From Octopus sinensis (taxonomy: Eukaryota), in NCBI RefSeq assembly GCF_006345805.1, contig NC_043008.1, forward strand, positions 66,836,001 to 66,900,000: DNA of 64,000 bases, read 5' to 3'. This document shows positions 40,309 to 55,760 of this stretch, piece after piece. The position numbers and the translations under genes were made by a program. The notes under the pieces were generated by a model. That model was not told the origin of the DNA. It did not search any database and saw nothing but the letters and a program-made list of their open reading frames with translations. Within the stretch, counting starts at the first letter, position 1. The number at the start of each line of letters is the position of its first letter.

Positions 40309-40458
40309 TGCATGTTTGTATGTATGTGTAAAAGCTTTATATTCACCCGGTGTTTTACTCTGAAGCATGAGTATATTGACTTCTAACAACTGGTTATTAC
40401 TATCACTATGCTAAAGTGAAATTTCATACATACATACATACATACATACATACATACA
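39964..40458. repeat. Perfect inverted duplication (~125-bp unique arms) around (TA)n
   Basis: 39996-40120 equals the reverse complement of 40303-40427 with no mismatch seen. Confidence 0.92.
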
Positions 40459-40459
40459 T

Positions 40460-40505
<46 letters not shown>

Positions 40506-40556
40506 CGTATATACATACGTATATATATATATACGTATATATATATATATATATAT

Positions 40557-40920
40557 GACTGGGACCACGGGCCATACGTCCCCTGCCCAATTCAAGATCA
40601 CAACATACATGTACACTGCAACAAAATTTCTTTTCCTCAACAGGCCCTGCCCTATTTAACATTGTCCCGAGGGAGATCAAAGAGGAAAAGGATCCCATCA
40701 ACTTTAAACGGAATCTGGATAGATTCCTTCAAAGAATACCAGATAAGCCACCCATAATTGGATACAACTCACCCAACAAGAACTCACTACTTGAACAAAT
40801 CTTGACTTAAACAAAACTTGACTTAAACAGGATTCGAATAATCCTATCAGGTGGTGCTATTAAGTTAGACATGGCCTGGACCAATCTTTGGTCGAAACAT
40901 ATTCAAGTTATCTAAGTTAT
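40557..40920 (+). mobile_element. CR1/L2-clade LINE 3' end, second copy
   Basis: GPALFNIVPREIK...FKRNLDRFLQRIPDKP. The tail caggtggtgctattaagttagacatg is shared with 3765-3790. Confidence 0.75.
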
Positions 40921-41122
40921 ATATATATATATATATATATATATACGTATATGTATGTATGTACTTGTACATGAAAGCGAATATGTACGTAAAAATTTGT
41001 ATAAGAACGTATACCTCTCTCTTAGTTATGTATAAATGTGTATCGAAAGGCGTACACATATACTTCCATGGTAGCACAATTGCATATATGTGTATATGTT
41101 TGAGTGTGTATGTATGTATGTG

Positions 41123-41165
<43 letters not shown>

Positions 41166-41929
41166 ATATCTGTATGTATACATATTTATGCATGTGTATT
41201 TATGACTATATACATATGTGCACTTGTCTGTACACACACACATACACATACATACATATATATATAAATGTGTATGTGAGTATATATGCATATATGTATA
41301 CATATATATATGTATATATATATACATGCATATATATCGTACTTACATTCATATACATACATACATATATACATACATACATGCATGCATGCATACATAC
41401 ACACATACACATACATACATACATACATACATACACACATGCACACATACACACATACATACATACATACATACATACATACATACATACATACATACAT
41501 ACATACATACATACATACATAGACGCGCACACTCGCACATGCATATACATACTGTCGCATATACACATTCGTTTCCTTGTAGAAAACTTGTAGAAAAAAA
41601 AGAGTAACTTTAAAAAAAAAAAAAAAATCTCATCATAGCTAAATGGTTCTTAAAACATTTTATTTCAATGAAATTTTCCTGTTACCGAATTTTTAACGTT
41701 AAAAGCTTTCCATTCTCCGAATGAAAATAAAATCAAGACAAGATACACACAACATCACAGCAAAAGTAACAGAAACACAAGCAACACGAATATAAGCAAA
41801 AGTAAACAAGAAGAAAAAGTCGTCCACGTTTCTCTAAGTATTTTCGTGTATTTTGTTGGCTTTTTTTTTTTTTTCCTTTCAGAATCTTCCGATCAACTCC
41901 ATTTTCTTCTTCTACGCCTGCATCCATCT

Positions 41930-42605
<676 letters not shown>

Positions 42606-43377
42606 CCTTAACTCCATAACACCATAAGATTTTATATTAATATGATTATCCCGTCGGATATGGGACATCTGTCCTACCATAGAAAGCTAGTGCAATTTAG
42701 ATATATGATAGCAATTTCCAGATCTAGTCGATAGTGATGGTCATTTAGCATGGAGCTCTTCAAAAGCCGAGGAGCAACTGTACTGATTTGGACCTTGTTT
42801 TTCCACGGTAGACATAATTAGCATTCTTCTGTAATTGATCAAAGTGGCTAACCTCCTCGTTGTATCCGTCGTTATTGTTGATGGTGGTGGTGGTTGTGGT
42901 TGTGGTGATAGTATTTGGTGGTGATGGTGGTGGTGGTGGTGCTAGTGGTAGTTGTAGAAATGGTAGCAGTAATTGCAGCGGTGATGGTAGTGATGGTAAT
43001 AGTGATGTTAGTCGTGGTAGTTATGACAATGCTGTTTAGTGATGTTTTTTTATTGCTGGTGTTGAAGATGATGATGATGATGATGACGACGATGACGATG
43101 ATGATGATAATGATGACGACGATGACGATTATGATGATGAGGGTGATGGTGATGGTGATGGTGATGAGAAAGGTGGTGGTGACGATGACGTTGCCAACAA
43201 CGACGAAAATCACACCTTCATTGTTCTAAACCGAAGTTTCATTCTTTGACATTTGTTCTTTTTTTTTCATTGTTCACGCAAATTTCTAAATTACAGAGCC
43301 ACCATCACCTTCACTTTTGTTAACAGTGTGTTTATTTCCGTAACATCGTCATCATAACCGCAACCACCAGCTCCACT

Positions 43378-43409
<32 letters not shown>

Positions 43410-43643
43410 AGTAACTACCACTTTTATCATAGTTACCATCCTCAAAATTAACATCATCATCTATCTCATCATCATTATGATCACCGTCGACATCACCACC
43501 TCCACTTCCAGCATTGCTGCCAATATCGCCATACTGAGACAATTTTGAAGGACCAAAAATTCTATATGAAACGCAGCAAAATTTGAGGAGACAGTGACGA
43601 TATTTGAATGCTTATACTTCATCAACTTTTGAATGAAAATACT

Positions 43644-43712
<69 letters not shown>

Positions 43713-44184
43713 CAAATGTGGAGCCATGTCTACATCTTCCCAATTTTGATCTGTAAACATTACAGCCAACATCAGTAGACCTTTACAGGTGTGAAATAAA
43801 GGAGGACCTACAACGCAATTTATGCAAAGAGCGAGGTACGTCGGTTCACATACTGGTGGATTACAAGACTACGCTTAGCGAGAGGAAACACAAAGAGCGT
43901 TATGTTGAAGTCCTTTGATCACTGGCTGAAGTCTTGCTGCAAGAGAGATGAAAAAACCATCAGACCCATGTGAGAGCAATTCCATTAATTCAGCTTATCA
44001 AGGAGAAGTAGCCACTCTCCACCAGAAAGTCCGATAAAAAAGAGACGATCATACGGTAACGGTTCTTATGGGACATGTGGCCTTGTAAGAAGACAGACGC
44101 AAAGAAGTGGACTGTGAGGGAAAAGACATCAAATTCAAGGACTTTATCTCGATGATGTTGGGATAAAGGGTAATAGGCCTGACT

Positions 44185-44320
44185 ATCTGCAGAGGTTTCC
44201 TGGTGGGATATGTACGAAAGATTTTATAATGGTATTGGATAGAAAGACAGCTGTTCGTAGGATTGGGGAGGCAGCGGAAAGAGGCTCAGGCTGGTTCTAG
44301 AATTAAGGCGAGAGAAAGAA
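44185..44320 (+). mobile_element. HERO-like REL non-LTR retrotransposon C-terminal remnant
   Basis: Frameshifted CRGF...RKTAVRRIGEAAERGSGWF resembles the HERO C-terminal GCRGF...GEAAERAS.W pattern. Confidence 0.5.
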
Positions 44321-44544
44321 ACTTAACTGGAAGCCAGGAGAAGACCAGGCAGCGACTGACTACTATTGCCAACCTGTCAACTGGAGAACGTTGCAGTTTA
44401 AACGTCCGAGGATATTCAAACACTCCTTGTTGGCTTTTCCCTAGCGAATGCTACAGTCGAAAGAGATTGTATGTATTAGCATAGTAATTCTATAAACGAG
44501 AAATAAAAGTACTCAATAAATAAAATCATCGTAGTGTAATGTCT

Positions 44545-45105
44545 TGGAGGCTCCTTAAAAGTAGTTGATAGTTTCTGTAACCCATGTGACCTAATTAGCA
44601 GTAGAGGAGGACGTTGTGAAAGTATCTTTGCTAGGATAAGAATCAGCAGGAAAAAGTTCAAAGCTATCACCTCTATTGGTAACAAAAGGCCTTCTTTCAA
44701 AATGAAAGGCAAATCGTATGATGCTTGTGTAAGAACTGGCATGCTATATGGTAATGAAATGTGGGCCGTGAATGCAGAGGATATGCGGAGGCTAGAAAGA
44801 AATGAAGCTAGCATAATTCACTGGATGTGCATGTACAACAAAGTGCAACTGTTTTGAGAGAAAATTTGGGCACAAGAAGCATCAGATGTAGTGAGCGAAG
44901 GAGAAGACTTTGCTGGTATGGTTATGTGATGCGTATGGAAGGGCACAGCTGCTTAAAGAACCGATCGCTAAAAGTGAATGGAAGGAGACCCAGGAAGACA
45001 TGGGACGAAATAGTGAAGAATGTTGAGTCTCATGGAAGAGATGACAAAAGACAAAATGATTGGCGATTTGCTAGGGTCGAGAAGATCACCTCCATCTCAG
45101 AAAAA
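44545..45105 (+). mobile_element. RTE-clade LINE fragment
   Basis: KMKGKSYDACVRTGMLYGNEMWAVNAEDMRRLERNE...LCWYGYVMR...GRRPRKTWDE. Confidence 0.8.
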
Positions 45106-47541
45106 ACACGAGGCCCTAAAAGCATATCGTTTATGTATTTATGGCCCTGCACTCAGTCTGTCCCTGACGTATCTCTTCCCCATAACTCATCTTTCTAACA
45201 TCACCTTTCCATTTCTCTTCGAATGCAGTACTATACCCACAGATGCTATAATTATAAGAATGGAACTTCACGTATTTCAATCCTCACTTTTTCTACTCCC
45301 ACTCTTCCTAGAACCACCACTTACCTCGTCTCTCGCAGTTCCATTATTACCCTTACTGCCTTTCACTTCCACTTCTCTCTTGTACTCCCTCTCATTCTAC
45401 CGATGGCAGATCTCTCTATGTTCGTGTTCCACTGTTTCCACCCCTATGAACTTCTGGCCTTGTCCCTAGCACTGTGCATCTCTTGCACATTGTCCACACT
45501 TCACATCACTTGTACCGCTTTTTATTGTCTCTACTTTCTCCACCCCACTAAAGGATATTCATCACTGACCAAACCTCCATCCGTGTTCACCATTCTCTGC
45601 ATTCACCTGTCTCCATCTCAATCTATCAACTATTCTGTTTTCACATTCTCACAAACTTACCTTTTTCAGTTTTCTGAACCACTTCTCTTAGTTCCCCTTC
45701 CTGTAACTTGAGGGTGTCCCTTGACACTTCTTCACCAGTATCTTCTCTCTTTTTCGTACTAGAGTAGCCGTGCATCTCCTCAACAGCAAGACACCAATTT
45801 CTGCCCCTCTCTCATACTTTAACCACACATCTCCTGGCATCAAACCATCTCCCTCAATACTACAACCCACTCAGTTGGTGGGTCTTTTCTTGCAAGTTAC
45901 TTGGTGACTTCACTTATGCCAGTGTAAAAGGCACCCAGTATATTGAAAAGAGGTTGGCGTTAGAAAGGGCATCAACCATTAGAACCATGCCAAGTCAGAA
46001 AGTGGGGCTTGGCATAGTCCTCTGGTTCATCAGTTCCTGTCAAATCGTCCAACCCATGCCAGAGTGAAAAATGGACATTAAATGATGACAACGACGGCAA
46101 TAAATATGTATGTTATGTAAGTGCATGTCAAAGTGAGCTTGTGTGAGTGAAGTTTTCTTCACCATCCCATGAAGCATCATTAATAGGGCCTGTTCTTACT
46201 CACCTGGAGTTTGTAACTGTTAACTCTGCTTCTCTGAAAAACTACATATTTCATCAGTCTGTAGTATCCATCGTTGGGAAAATCACCTACCTTATGATTG
46301 CAACTGGAGGTACACCCTTTAAATGAATTTTAATCCTTTCACTGCTGATAACCCCTATATAATGCCACACAACACAATGACAGGGTATATAATTCCTGCT
46401 ACCATGGAGATTACAATCTACTCATATCTATCATGCAAGCTCATTTCTACTATTGATACCATCAAATCATGATACTTGTTGATGCTAAAATGTCACAACT
46501 TATACAATAACAACTAATAGATACCAACACCATGGCTACTATATCATGTACAGTATCCATTGTTAAGAATTGATGTTAAATATATCATCCTCCAGAATAC
46601 CAACATAGTAACACAAGCATCCTGTCTGCTCCAGTGCATAGAATTAACAATAAAACAACTGTTTTCATATCAAACACAACATGAACTGACTGATAGTGAC
46701 CTAAATACCCTGAAGCCATTGTCAATTTCTTTTAACATTTTCTTCACTCTCTCCAAACATCTGATGAGGTTGACATGTCCTACACTTATGAAATTAAGTT
46801 ATGAGAAGCTGATTTGAATTAAACTATTATTAAATATATATACATATATATATATATCAGGCTATCAGATGTTGCTACACATCGCTGGTCACAATGCACT
46901 TCGCATTGCTTTTTAGCCTTCAAATAATGCCACCCCGCTGGCTAAGCAAGCAGGCCAACAGAAGAAAGAGAGAAAGTTGTGGTGAAAGGGTACAGCAGGG
47001 ATCGCCACCACCCCCTGCCAGAGCCTCATGGAGCTTTAGGTATTTTTGCTCAATAAACACTCACAACGCCAGGTCTGGGAATCGAAACGGCAATCTTATG
47101 ACCGCGAGTCCGCTGCCCTAACCACAAAACCAGTGTTAGTACTCATGCTTTTCATCAGGTGAGTTCAAACAGTAATATCAATTAATGGATGAGAAAAGAA
47201 CATGAGTTACATGCTCACTTTCATTAGCTTATAACCTTACAGCTGTTTCTGGTATGGGAAACAATTCATTCAAAGCAGAGTGCTTGTACATCTTATAACT
47301 TCCTCGAATGAAGTGTATGTTTGTTTCACAAAGCCTTTAAATATTTATTTAAATCATTTCCAGAATAAACATATACTTCATTTCACTGTATATATGTGTG
47401 TGTCTGTGTACATATATATATATATGGATAATAAAATGAATGGTTTATACCTGGAAGCTTACTACTAAAGCATGGTCTCTTCCATCTTCCGTCTTTCATT
47501 TGCCATATATATATATATATATATATATATGTATACATATA

Positions 47542-48407
47542 CAGAGTGTCCCAAAAGTCACCGATAGGTTTCAATTTTTAATAACTTCCTTAACTTTATA
47601 AATAAATGCATGAAATTTTGACAGAATATAAAGAACATAATAGAAATTAATATGCACAAGTCAAATTTTGCAACACCACTACATTACATATAAAAAATGA
47701 CATTGCTTAAATGCAGCTGTTTTCAGCTTTGCATGCCTGTACTCTTTCCAAAACTTGCACCATAACACCCTCAAGAGTTTCAGACCCCACATCTCTGATT
47801 TTTCTATTGATGTTCTACTTCAGTTGCACCAGGGTCTCCAGTTTGTTGGCATAAACCCTCTTTTTCAGGTATCCTCACAAGAAAAAATATGGGCTAATCG
47901 AGTCTGAGGAACACGAAGGCCAGTTGACATTGCCGTAGTGGGAGAATATTCTCTCTCTAAAGCACTGCCATAGCAACTGCATTGTTTCTCTTGCAGTATG
48001 AGCAGTTGGCCCAACTTGCTGGAACCATGTGTGAGGTCTACTTTGAATGGCCAGGCACAAAAAGGTCTCCAACCATGGATACCTGAAAGAGACAGTTTAC
48101 ATCAACAAACCAGAGACCCTGGTGCATCTGAAGAACATCAATAGAGAAATCAGAGAATTGGGGTTTGAAACTCTTGAGGGTGTTATGGTGCAAATTTTGG
48201 AAAGAGTACGGATGTGCAGAGCCGAAAATGGCTACCATTTAAGCAATGTCATTTTTCGTAAGTGATGTAGTGGTGTTGCAAAATTTGATTTGTGCATATT
48301 AATTTCCATGATGTCCTTTATATTGTATCAAAATTTCATGCATTTATTTGTGAAGATACGAAAGTTATTAAAAATTGAAACCCATCAGTGACTTTTGAGA
48401 CACCATG
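47542..48407. mobile_element. Tc1/mariner foldback derivative made of two inverted transposase 3' ends
   Basis: Termini are ta|cagagtgtcccaaaagtc and gacttttgagacaccatg. The internal sequence encodes WFQQVGPTAHTARE...WPSCSSD..FFL, and GYLK..VY..K.ETL..LK appears in both orientations. Another end of this family lies at 34767-34960. Confidence 0.82.
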
Positions 48408-49002
48408 TCTACACACACACACACACACGTGTGTATATATATATATATATATATATATTCACAAAGGTAATTCAAAGAGCAAACAAACAGCAGCATTAGC
48501 AAAAGGATCAAGAAAGAAATAAAGAAAAAAAAACAGAAAATATCAGAGAACACAAATGAAAATAAAAAACTTGAAGGCTGAATTATTTAATAAAGAAACT
48601 TTTATATATATTTTTCCTTTCGATCTATCACATTTTCCCTTGAATACACAAGTCTTCTTTTGTCAGCCATATTTCGATGGTCTTCGCAAGGTGAGGCATT
48701 TGAATGGGACCACAGGGGTCCTGATGCAGGATAGGGAGCAGAACCCTTCGCAAAGAAATTTTTTAAAAAATGCTTTAGTTGAAGTTGAAGGAAAAGCAGG
48801 ATTAAAGTTTGTTTGCTTTTTTTTTTTAAAGTGAAGATTTTTTTTCTTCATTTTTTCCCCTTTTTTTGGTTTCTTCAAAAGCAGATATCTTGCAGTGGTG
48901 CATGTATGTATGTATATATATATAGAAAATGTATGTATCTATATGCTTATGTATATGTATTTTGTGTACATGAGTGTGGGGAAGTGTATGCATATATGTA
49001 TG

Positions 49003-49050
<48 letters not shown>

Positions 49051-51740
49051 TATATATATGTATATGTGCACAGATGCATACAAGTATATATATACACACA
49101 CGCACACACAAACATGTAAATACATACATATTTTTTGAAATTTCTAAGATCCTATTTAGCTAACCAATTCTGCTATACTTGGTTGCAGCTGGTGTTGTTG
49201 TCTTCCTCCAAGCCTTTGAACTCTGACCACTGCTTAAATAAGTAAATAAAAGCAGCTAAAAATCTTGAAAGCCCTTCTATCATCACATTTCAGAATTGGC
49301 GATCATGCTTATTGCCACAACACTCTCAGACTATTTTTCTCAAGTCCAGAAACCAAGAAAGTATCAATTAATTATATTATGCTTACACAGCAATGCAACA
49401 CTGCATTGTATGAAACCTATTTACAACTAAGTGGACATGGAATATTGACAGATAAAATGTTTGGTTATAGGTATGAAGTAGTGCTGTTGATAGGATTCAT
49501 GAATTGCTAGCCCAGTTTTAAATTAAGACAATCATCTTTGGATGTGATGACTGATGAGAAGGCTAATTTTAATCCTTTCACCAGTTGTACAGATTACAAA
49601 TCTATTAGAACACAGTGGGAAACATATAGACACAGCATGGCCAAATAGTTAAGAAGGCTGCTTCACAACCATGAGGTCCTGGGTTCAATCCCACTGCATG
49701 GCATCTTGGGTAAATGTTTTTTATCATATTCTTGGTTCAATACAAGCCTTGTGAGTTAAACTGGGTAACTGGAGACTGTATAGAAGCCTGTCTGATGGAT
49801 TGTATCTGTAATTTAAAGGTCTAGCCTTGTCACATAGAATTACACCAACTCTGCATGAAGGTTATATATGTGTACACATGTCTGTGAAATACTCAGCCAC
49901 TTATACCTTAAATCAATGAACAGTTAATTGGGAAATAAATACAAGATAGGACAGAATACTAGTCTATTAATGACAGATTTTCCTATATTAAAAATAAAAT
50001 CCATGTAACCATTTCTGATAAGTGAATTGAGTTTATGCCAAAAGAGGCAACCATCCCTGAGATACAATGAAACACCTGTAGTGGATTTGATCTTCCAGCA
50101 CAAGGGCTAGAATTCTCACCATTTTACCTACTAGGTTATTTCATCTCAACACAACCAATTGAAGCCACTTCGTTGATCAAGTTTACACTAAATAGTACTT
50201 CCTTACCTGAATCTGAACTGCACATCCTTTATTTAGTTTAACTGTATGAGAAGCTCACTGAATATTGTTCTACAAGGTGTTTTCTTTTAAATGTATATAT
50301 TAATAACTCTAGAGGAAGTTAATATATTCATTGTTATCATTATCTCTCTCTTCATCATAATTTTTGATGGTGGCAATCGCGCCATCTTCACAATACTCGG
50401 CAGTATATCAACATCATTGCTATCTTAATCATTATTATGTTTTCAACAGATCCATGTGAGCTTCAACTACACCACCGGGTACATTTCCATGTTCAAAATG
50501 TTAGTGTAAGATAGTGTTTTGTGAATGTAGAGTTGTGTTTCTATACTACATCTATTTTACTGTGTTGTTCTGGGTTCAAATCGCAACGAGGTCAACTTTA
50601 CCTTTCAGGGTCGATAAAATTAAGGACCAGTCAAGTAAATTCTTCCCCTCAAAATTGCTGGCATTTTACCTAAATCAGAAACCATTATTATTATTATTAT
50701 TACTTTACCTTTCATCCTTTTGGGGTCGATACATTAAGACCCACTGAAACACTGGGGTCAATGTAACTGACTTATCCCCTCCACCAAAATAGCTGCCCAT
50801 GAGGCAAAATTTGAAACCATTATTATTATTATTTATTATGCTACTTCTGTATATGTCAGTGTGTGTGCATTGGTACGTATATATCTGCATGTACATTTAT
50901 GCATGTATATAAATATATATATATATATATATATACATACATATATCTATATACATACATATACATATATATATATATATACATACATATATATATATAT
51001 ATACATACATATATCCATAAGTAATTTTTCCTTATAACAGTAAAACTCATAAACCCCTTGGTTTCATCCTTGAAAATGTTGATTATAGAGTGATTAGTAC
51101 AATCATTCTGTTCGGCCATAATAATTATGTTCGTTGTTTGAATACAGTTTCTGAATGTGGCTAACAGACTTTCCTCTCAACAAATGCTTCCATTCTTGAG
51201 TGGTATCAACAGAATTACCAGTAACACCACATTGGTAGTACGTCTGCTCTGACTCCAAGTCAACAGATTGAACTGAAGTTTGAACACTGAAGTAACAATA
51301 CAATCATCATCTTTACAGTGCTTTTACTGCTTTCAGTGGCCAGCTATTCTAATCTGTCTTGTTCATGGACACAAGGCAAAAACGCAACACCTTTGAAATG
51401 ATTTGAACCACTGACTACTAGTCTATTTCTCTGTTATTGATGTTGTTGTTGTTGTTGGTAGTTTGGATTAGTGATGGTTATATGGAAAGTAAAAGAGAAC
51501 AAAAACAGGTACAAAATTATCTTGTGGTCAGAAATATATAAAATATTCTTGGGTAAGATTTCACTTTCCATATACTATGAATAATAACTTGGGGCAATGC
51601 TGACATGAACGTAACATTTCTTCATTTTCTCTCTTCAGATCATCAACGGTTTCATTCTTGTAACATCAACCAAGAATTTTTAATTTGATTGCCACTTGGA
51701 TGATCTAAGATGCATTACAGGACTATATACATATATATAT

Positions 51741-51804
<64 letters not shown>

Positions 51805-51862
51805 TATAATTATATTGGCTCGCATAATAATAATGATAATAATAATAATAATAATAATAATA

Positions 51863-51906
<44 letters not shown>

Positions 51907-52270
51907 TAATAATAATAATAATAATCCTTTCTACTATAGACACAAGGGGAGGAGGTAAGTCAATTATTACTTATTTTTATTGACCCTAAAAGGATGAAAG
52001 GCAAAGTCAATCTTGACAGAATTTGAACTCAGAAAGTGAAGATGGACAAAATGGCACTAACCATTTTGCTCGGCATGCTAATGATTCTGCCAGCTCGCAA
52101 CCTTAATAATAATAATAATGATAATAATAACAACAACAATGGTTTCAAATTTTTTGCATATGGCCAGAAATTTTAAGAGAGGAGGGTAGTTGTTAACATT
52201 GACCCTAGTGTTTAACTGGTACTAATGTTAACCTAGGTAGAATTTGAACACAGAGCATAAGAATGTAGGA

Positions 52271-52345
52271 AAGAAGAAGAAGAAGAAGAAGAAGAAGAAG
52301 AAGAAGAAGAAGAAGAAGAAGAAGAAGAAGAAGAAGAAGAAGAAA
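52271..52345. repeat. (AAG)n microsatellite
   Basis: Direct reading. Confidence 0.95.
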
Positions 52346-52594
52346 CAACAAGAACAACAACAGCAATGTCAGAAATGTAGTGAAGTGGTGCAGCAGTTGA
52401 CCATATCAACCCCAGTACTTGACCAAAAACTTTTTATCAACCCTGAAAGGAAGAAAGACAAAGTCGACTTCAGTGTAATTTGAAATCAAGATCTAAAGGG
52501 TCATAACAAGATTTGTTTAACCTTCAAACAATTCTACCAAGCTACCTGATGGTGACAATTGTAAAAATAATGATAATAATAATAATAATAATAA

Positions 52595-52992
52595 TCCTTT
52601 CTACTATAGGCACAAGGGCCGAAATTTGGTGGGAGGGAGCCAGTTGATTAGATCGACCCAGTACGCAACTGGTACTTAATTTATCAACCCCGAAAGAGTG
52701 AAAGACAAAGTTGATCATGGCGGTATTTGAACTGAGAACATAAAGGCAGATGAAATACCTATTTCTTTACTACCCACAAGGGGCTAAACACAGAGAAAAC
52801 AAACAAGGACAGACAAAGGGATTAAGTCGATTATATCGACCCCAGTGTGTAACTGGTACTTATTTAATCGACCCCAAAAGGATGAAAGGCAATGTCGACC
52901 TCGGCGGAATTTGAACTCAGAACGTTAACGGCAGACGAAATACGGCTACACATTTCGCCCGGCGTGCTAACGATTCTGCCAGCTCGCCGCCT
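52595..52992 (-). mobile_element. Family-B SINE pair within (TAA)n
   Basis: Reverse complement of the 27064-27470 arrangement. Older copies lie at ~50570-50820 and ~51925-52105. Confidence 0.8.
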
Positions 52993-53362
52993 TAATAATA
53001 ATAAAGGGAAATGAGAGAAAGACAAGCTCTCCTGCAACTTCTTCTGAAATTAAAATTTTATGCTATTTTCTTTATCAATTTCTGCAGTAAAATCTCTCCT
53101 TTGAATCTGGACCCTAACAACACCAGCAGCAACAACATCAACAGCAACAATATCAGCAGCAGCAGCAGCAGTAGCAGACTACAGATAAATTGGCAATAAA
53201 TGGCGCATGATTCGTCTTATATGTTTAAAGATGTGGGTCCAAGTCCCGTGGTTAACCATTGACTTTTCTTTCCATCCAAGGGGCTATTTAACCCAATATT
53301 CTACATGCTATTATTTATAGCTTTATCTACTTCCAGTTCCACCATTAAAAATAAATAAATTA

Positions 53363-53396
<34 letters not shown>

Positions 53397-53644
53397 ATAT
53401 ACACATACATATATGAGTGTGTGTATGTCTATCATTTATATGTATGTGTGCGTATATATATATATATATATATATATGTAATATTTCATAGTTCCATAGA
53501 AAATGTCATCTCAACTCTGCTAGTGGAATGGTTTCTCTACATAACGCCTTTATTTTAATGAGAGAGAGAGAGAAGTGAGGTAAAAGAGAGAGAAGTAGAA
53601 GTGAATGAGAGAGAGAGACAGAGAGAAAAGCAGGGGTGAATGAC

Positions 53645-53678
<34 letters not shown>

Positions 53679-54588
53679 GGTGAATTGAGTTAGAGGCATG
53701 GTGAGTGAGAGAGAAAGAGAGATGATGAGGGTTAGGGAAATGAAGAAAGATAGAATGAAGTAAATAGATAAGTTGAGATTCAGTGTGGAATATGGAAAGA
53801 CAGGTAAAAGAATATTAGGTGAGCAAAGAGTAAAAGTAGATAAAGAGAGAGAGAGAGATGTAGAAAAGGTTGGTAGAGGAGTATAATGGATATAGAAGAA
53901 TATAGAGAAAGAGGTGTATATAAGATAAAATATGGTGGGTAAATAATGCATGCAGAAATAGGAGTCAAGAAAGAGTATAAGAAATAGGAGTCAAGAAATG
54001 ACTATCAAAACAGAATGGAAAAAAATTAAGAAAGATGAATAGATGCAGAAGATGAAAACACGGGAAAGAGACAGGGTTGGAATTGTTAGGAGAAAAAGTA
54101 GCAGAAATAGATTGTAATAGATAAGTAGATAGATAGATAGTTAGATCGATAGATAGAGAGAGAGAGAGAGATACATAGAGAGATAAAAGAGAAAGAATGT
54201 GTAAAAAAATAGAAGATAGAAATATGGTAACGAAGAAAGGGAAAAACAAGTGAGTAACGTAGAATGTGATTGAAGAGAAAGAGAGAGGGCATGGAAAGAG
54301 AAGAGAAATAGAGAAATAAGGGAAGTGTTATAAAAACATTGTTATTAATAATCTTTATGCTGACATCCTGGCAACATTTAACTAAGCCAAGAAAAAGTGA
54401 AGAGCGAATAAAAGGGAGGTAATAATTGTTCGTGTATTTATATTTTAGTATTGATTTCTTTTGGTTGACTTTCTCCAGAAACACACGCAGGCACACACAC
54501 TCGCATACGTGTAACAGAGATGTATATATATTATATATATATATATTATATATATATTATATATATATGTATATATATTATATATATA

Positions 54589-54648
<60 letters not shown>

Positions 54649-54652
54649 GTAT

Positions 54653-54788
<136 letters not shown>

Positions 54789-54845
54789 ATATATTATATA
54801 TATATATATAATATATATTATATATAATATATATTATATATATAT

Positions 54846-54879
<34 letters not shown>

Positions 54880-54900
54880 AATATAATATATATATATGTA

Positions 54901-54993
54901 TATGTATTGATATATATATATATATCATCATCATCATCATCGTTTAATGTCCGTTCTCCGATGTTGATGATGATGATGATATATATATATATA

Positions 54994-55029
<36 letters not shown>

Positions 55030-55277
55030 TATATACATATATGTAAGTATAGAATATCTGCAGTGGTGTACAGATTTTTTATATTAATGAAAGGAATAGT
55101 TAGAAGATAGAGAACTTGTTATTATTATTATCTATGGTATTCTTATAAGCGCTTTCATTCCAACTGGAATTTTTCAAAACTTGTGAAAAATTCCAGTAGG
55201 AATGAAAGCACTTGCAAGATTATCATAAATAATAATAAACAGTAATTCTCCAACGTCTGGCTACTTTCTTCTTTTAT

Positions 55278-55340
<63 letters not shown>

Positions 55341-55420
55341 GTATATGTATTGATATATATATATATATATATCATCATCATCATCGTTTAATGTCCGTTC
55401 TCCGATGTTGATGATGATGA

Positions 55421-55475
<55 letters not shown>

Positions 55476-55727
55476 TATATACATATATGTAAGTATAGAA
55501 TATCTGCAGTGGTGTACAGATTTTTTATATTAATGAAAGGAATAGTTAGAAGATAGAGAACTTGTTATTATTATTATCTATGGTATTCTTATAAGCGCTT
55601 TCATTCCAACTGGAATTTTTCAAAAAACTTGTGAAAAATTCCAGTAGGAATGAAAGCACTTGCAAGATTATCATAAATAATAATAAACAGTAATTCTCCA
55701 ACGTCTGGCTACTTTCTTCTTTTATTA
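54901..55727. repeat. Tandem duplication, period ~443 bp, bounded by (TA)n
   Basis: 54901-55280 and 55344-55727 are nearly identical. Confidence 0.92.
55721..55726 (-). promoter_or_regulatory. Candidate polyadenylation signal (AATAAA) of the nAChR-like gene
   Basis: TTTATT on + reads AATAAA on -, 335 nt downstream of the stop. A duplicate lies at 55273-55278. The hexamer is common in AT-rich DNA. Confidence 0.4.

Positions 55728-55760
<33 letters not shown>

Noticed and set aside
47230-47280. Minus-strand GAATGA...GAAA-CAGCTG-TA; similar weak motifs at ~1250-1285, ~28665-28710 and ~50055-50090
   Set aside because: The cores are degenerate and the stems poor. They may be very old HHR relics but are not supportable.
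50450-51700. Possible + strand exons at 50450-50505, 51148-51234 and 51639 onward, and at 33501-33535 and 42721
   Set aside because: Splice-like dinucleotides are present, but the peptides are unrecognisable and no coherent gene model emerges.
53195-53255. tRNA-like A/B boxes (also 33989-34068) as tRNA genes
   Set aside because: No complete cloverleaf; these are treated as SINE heads.
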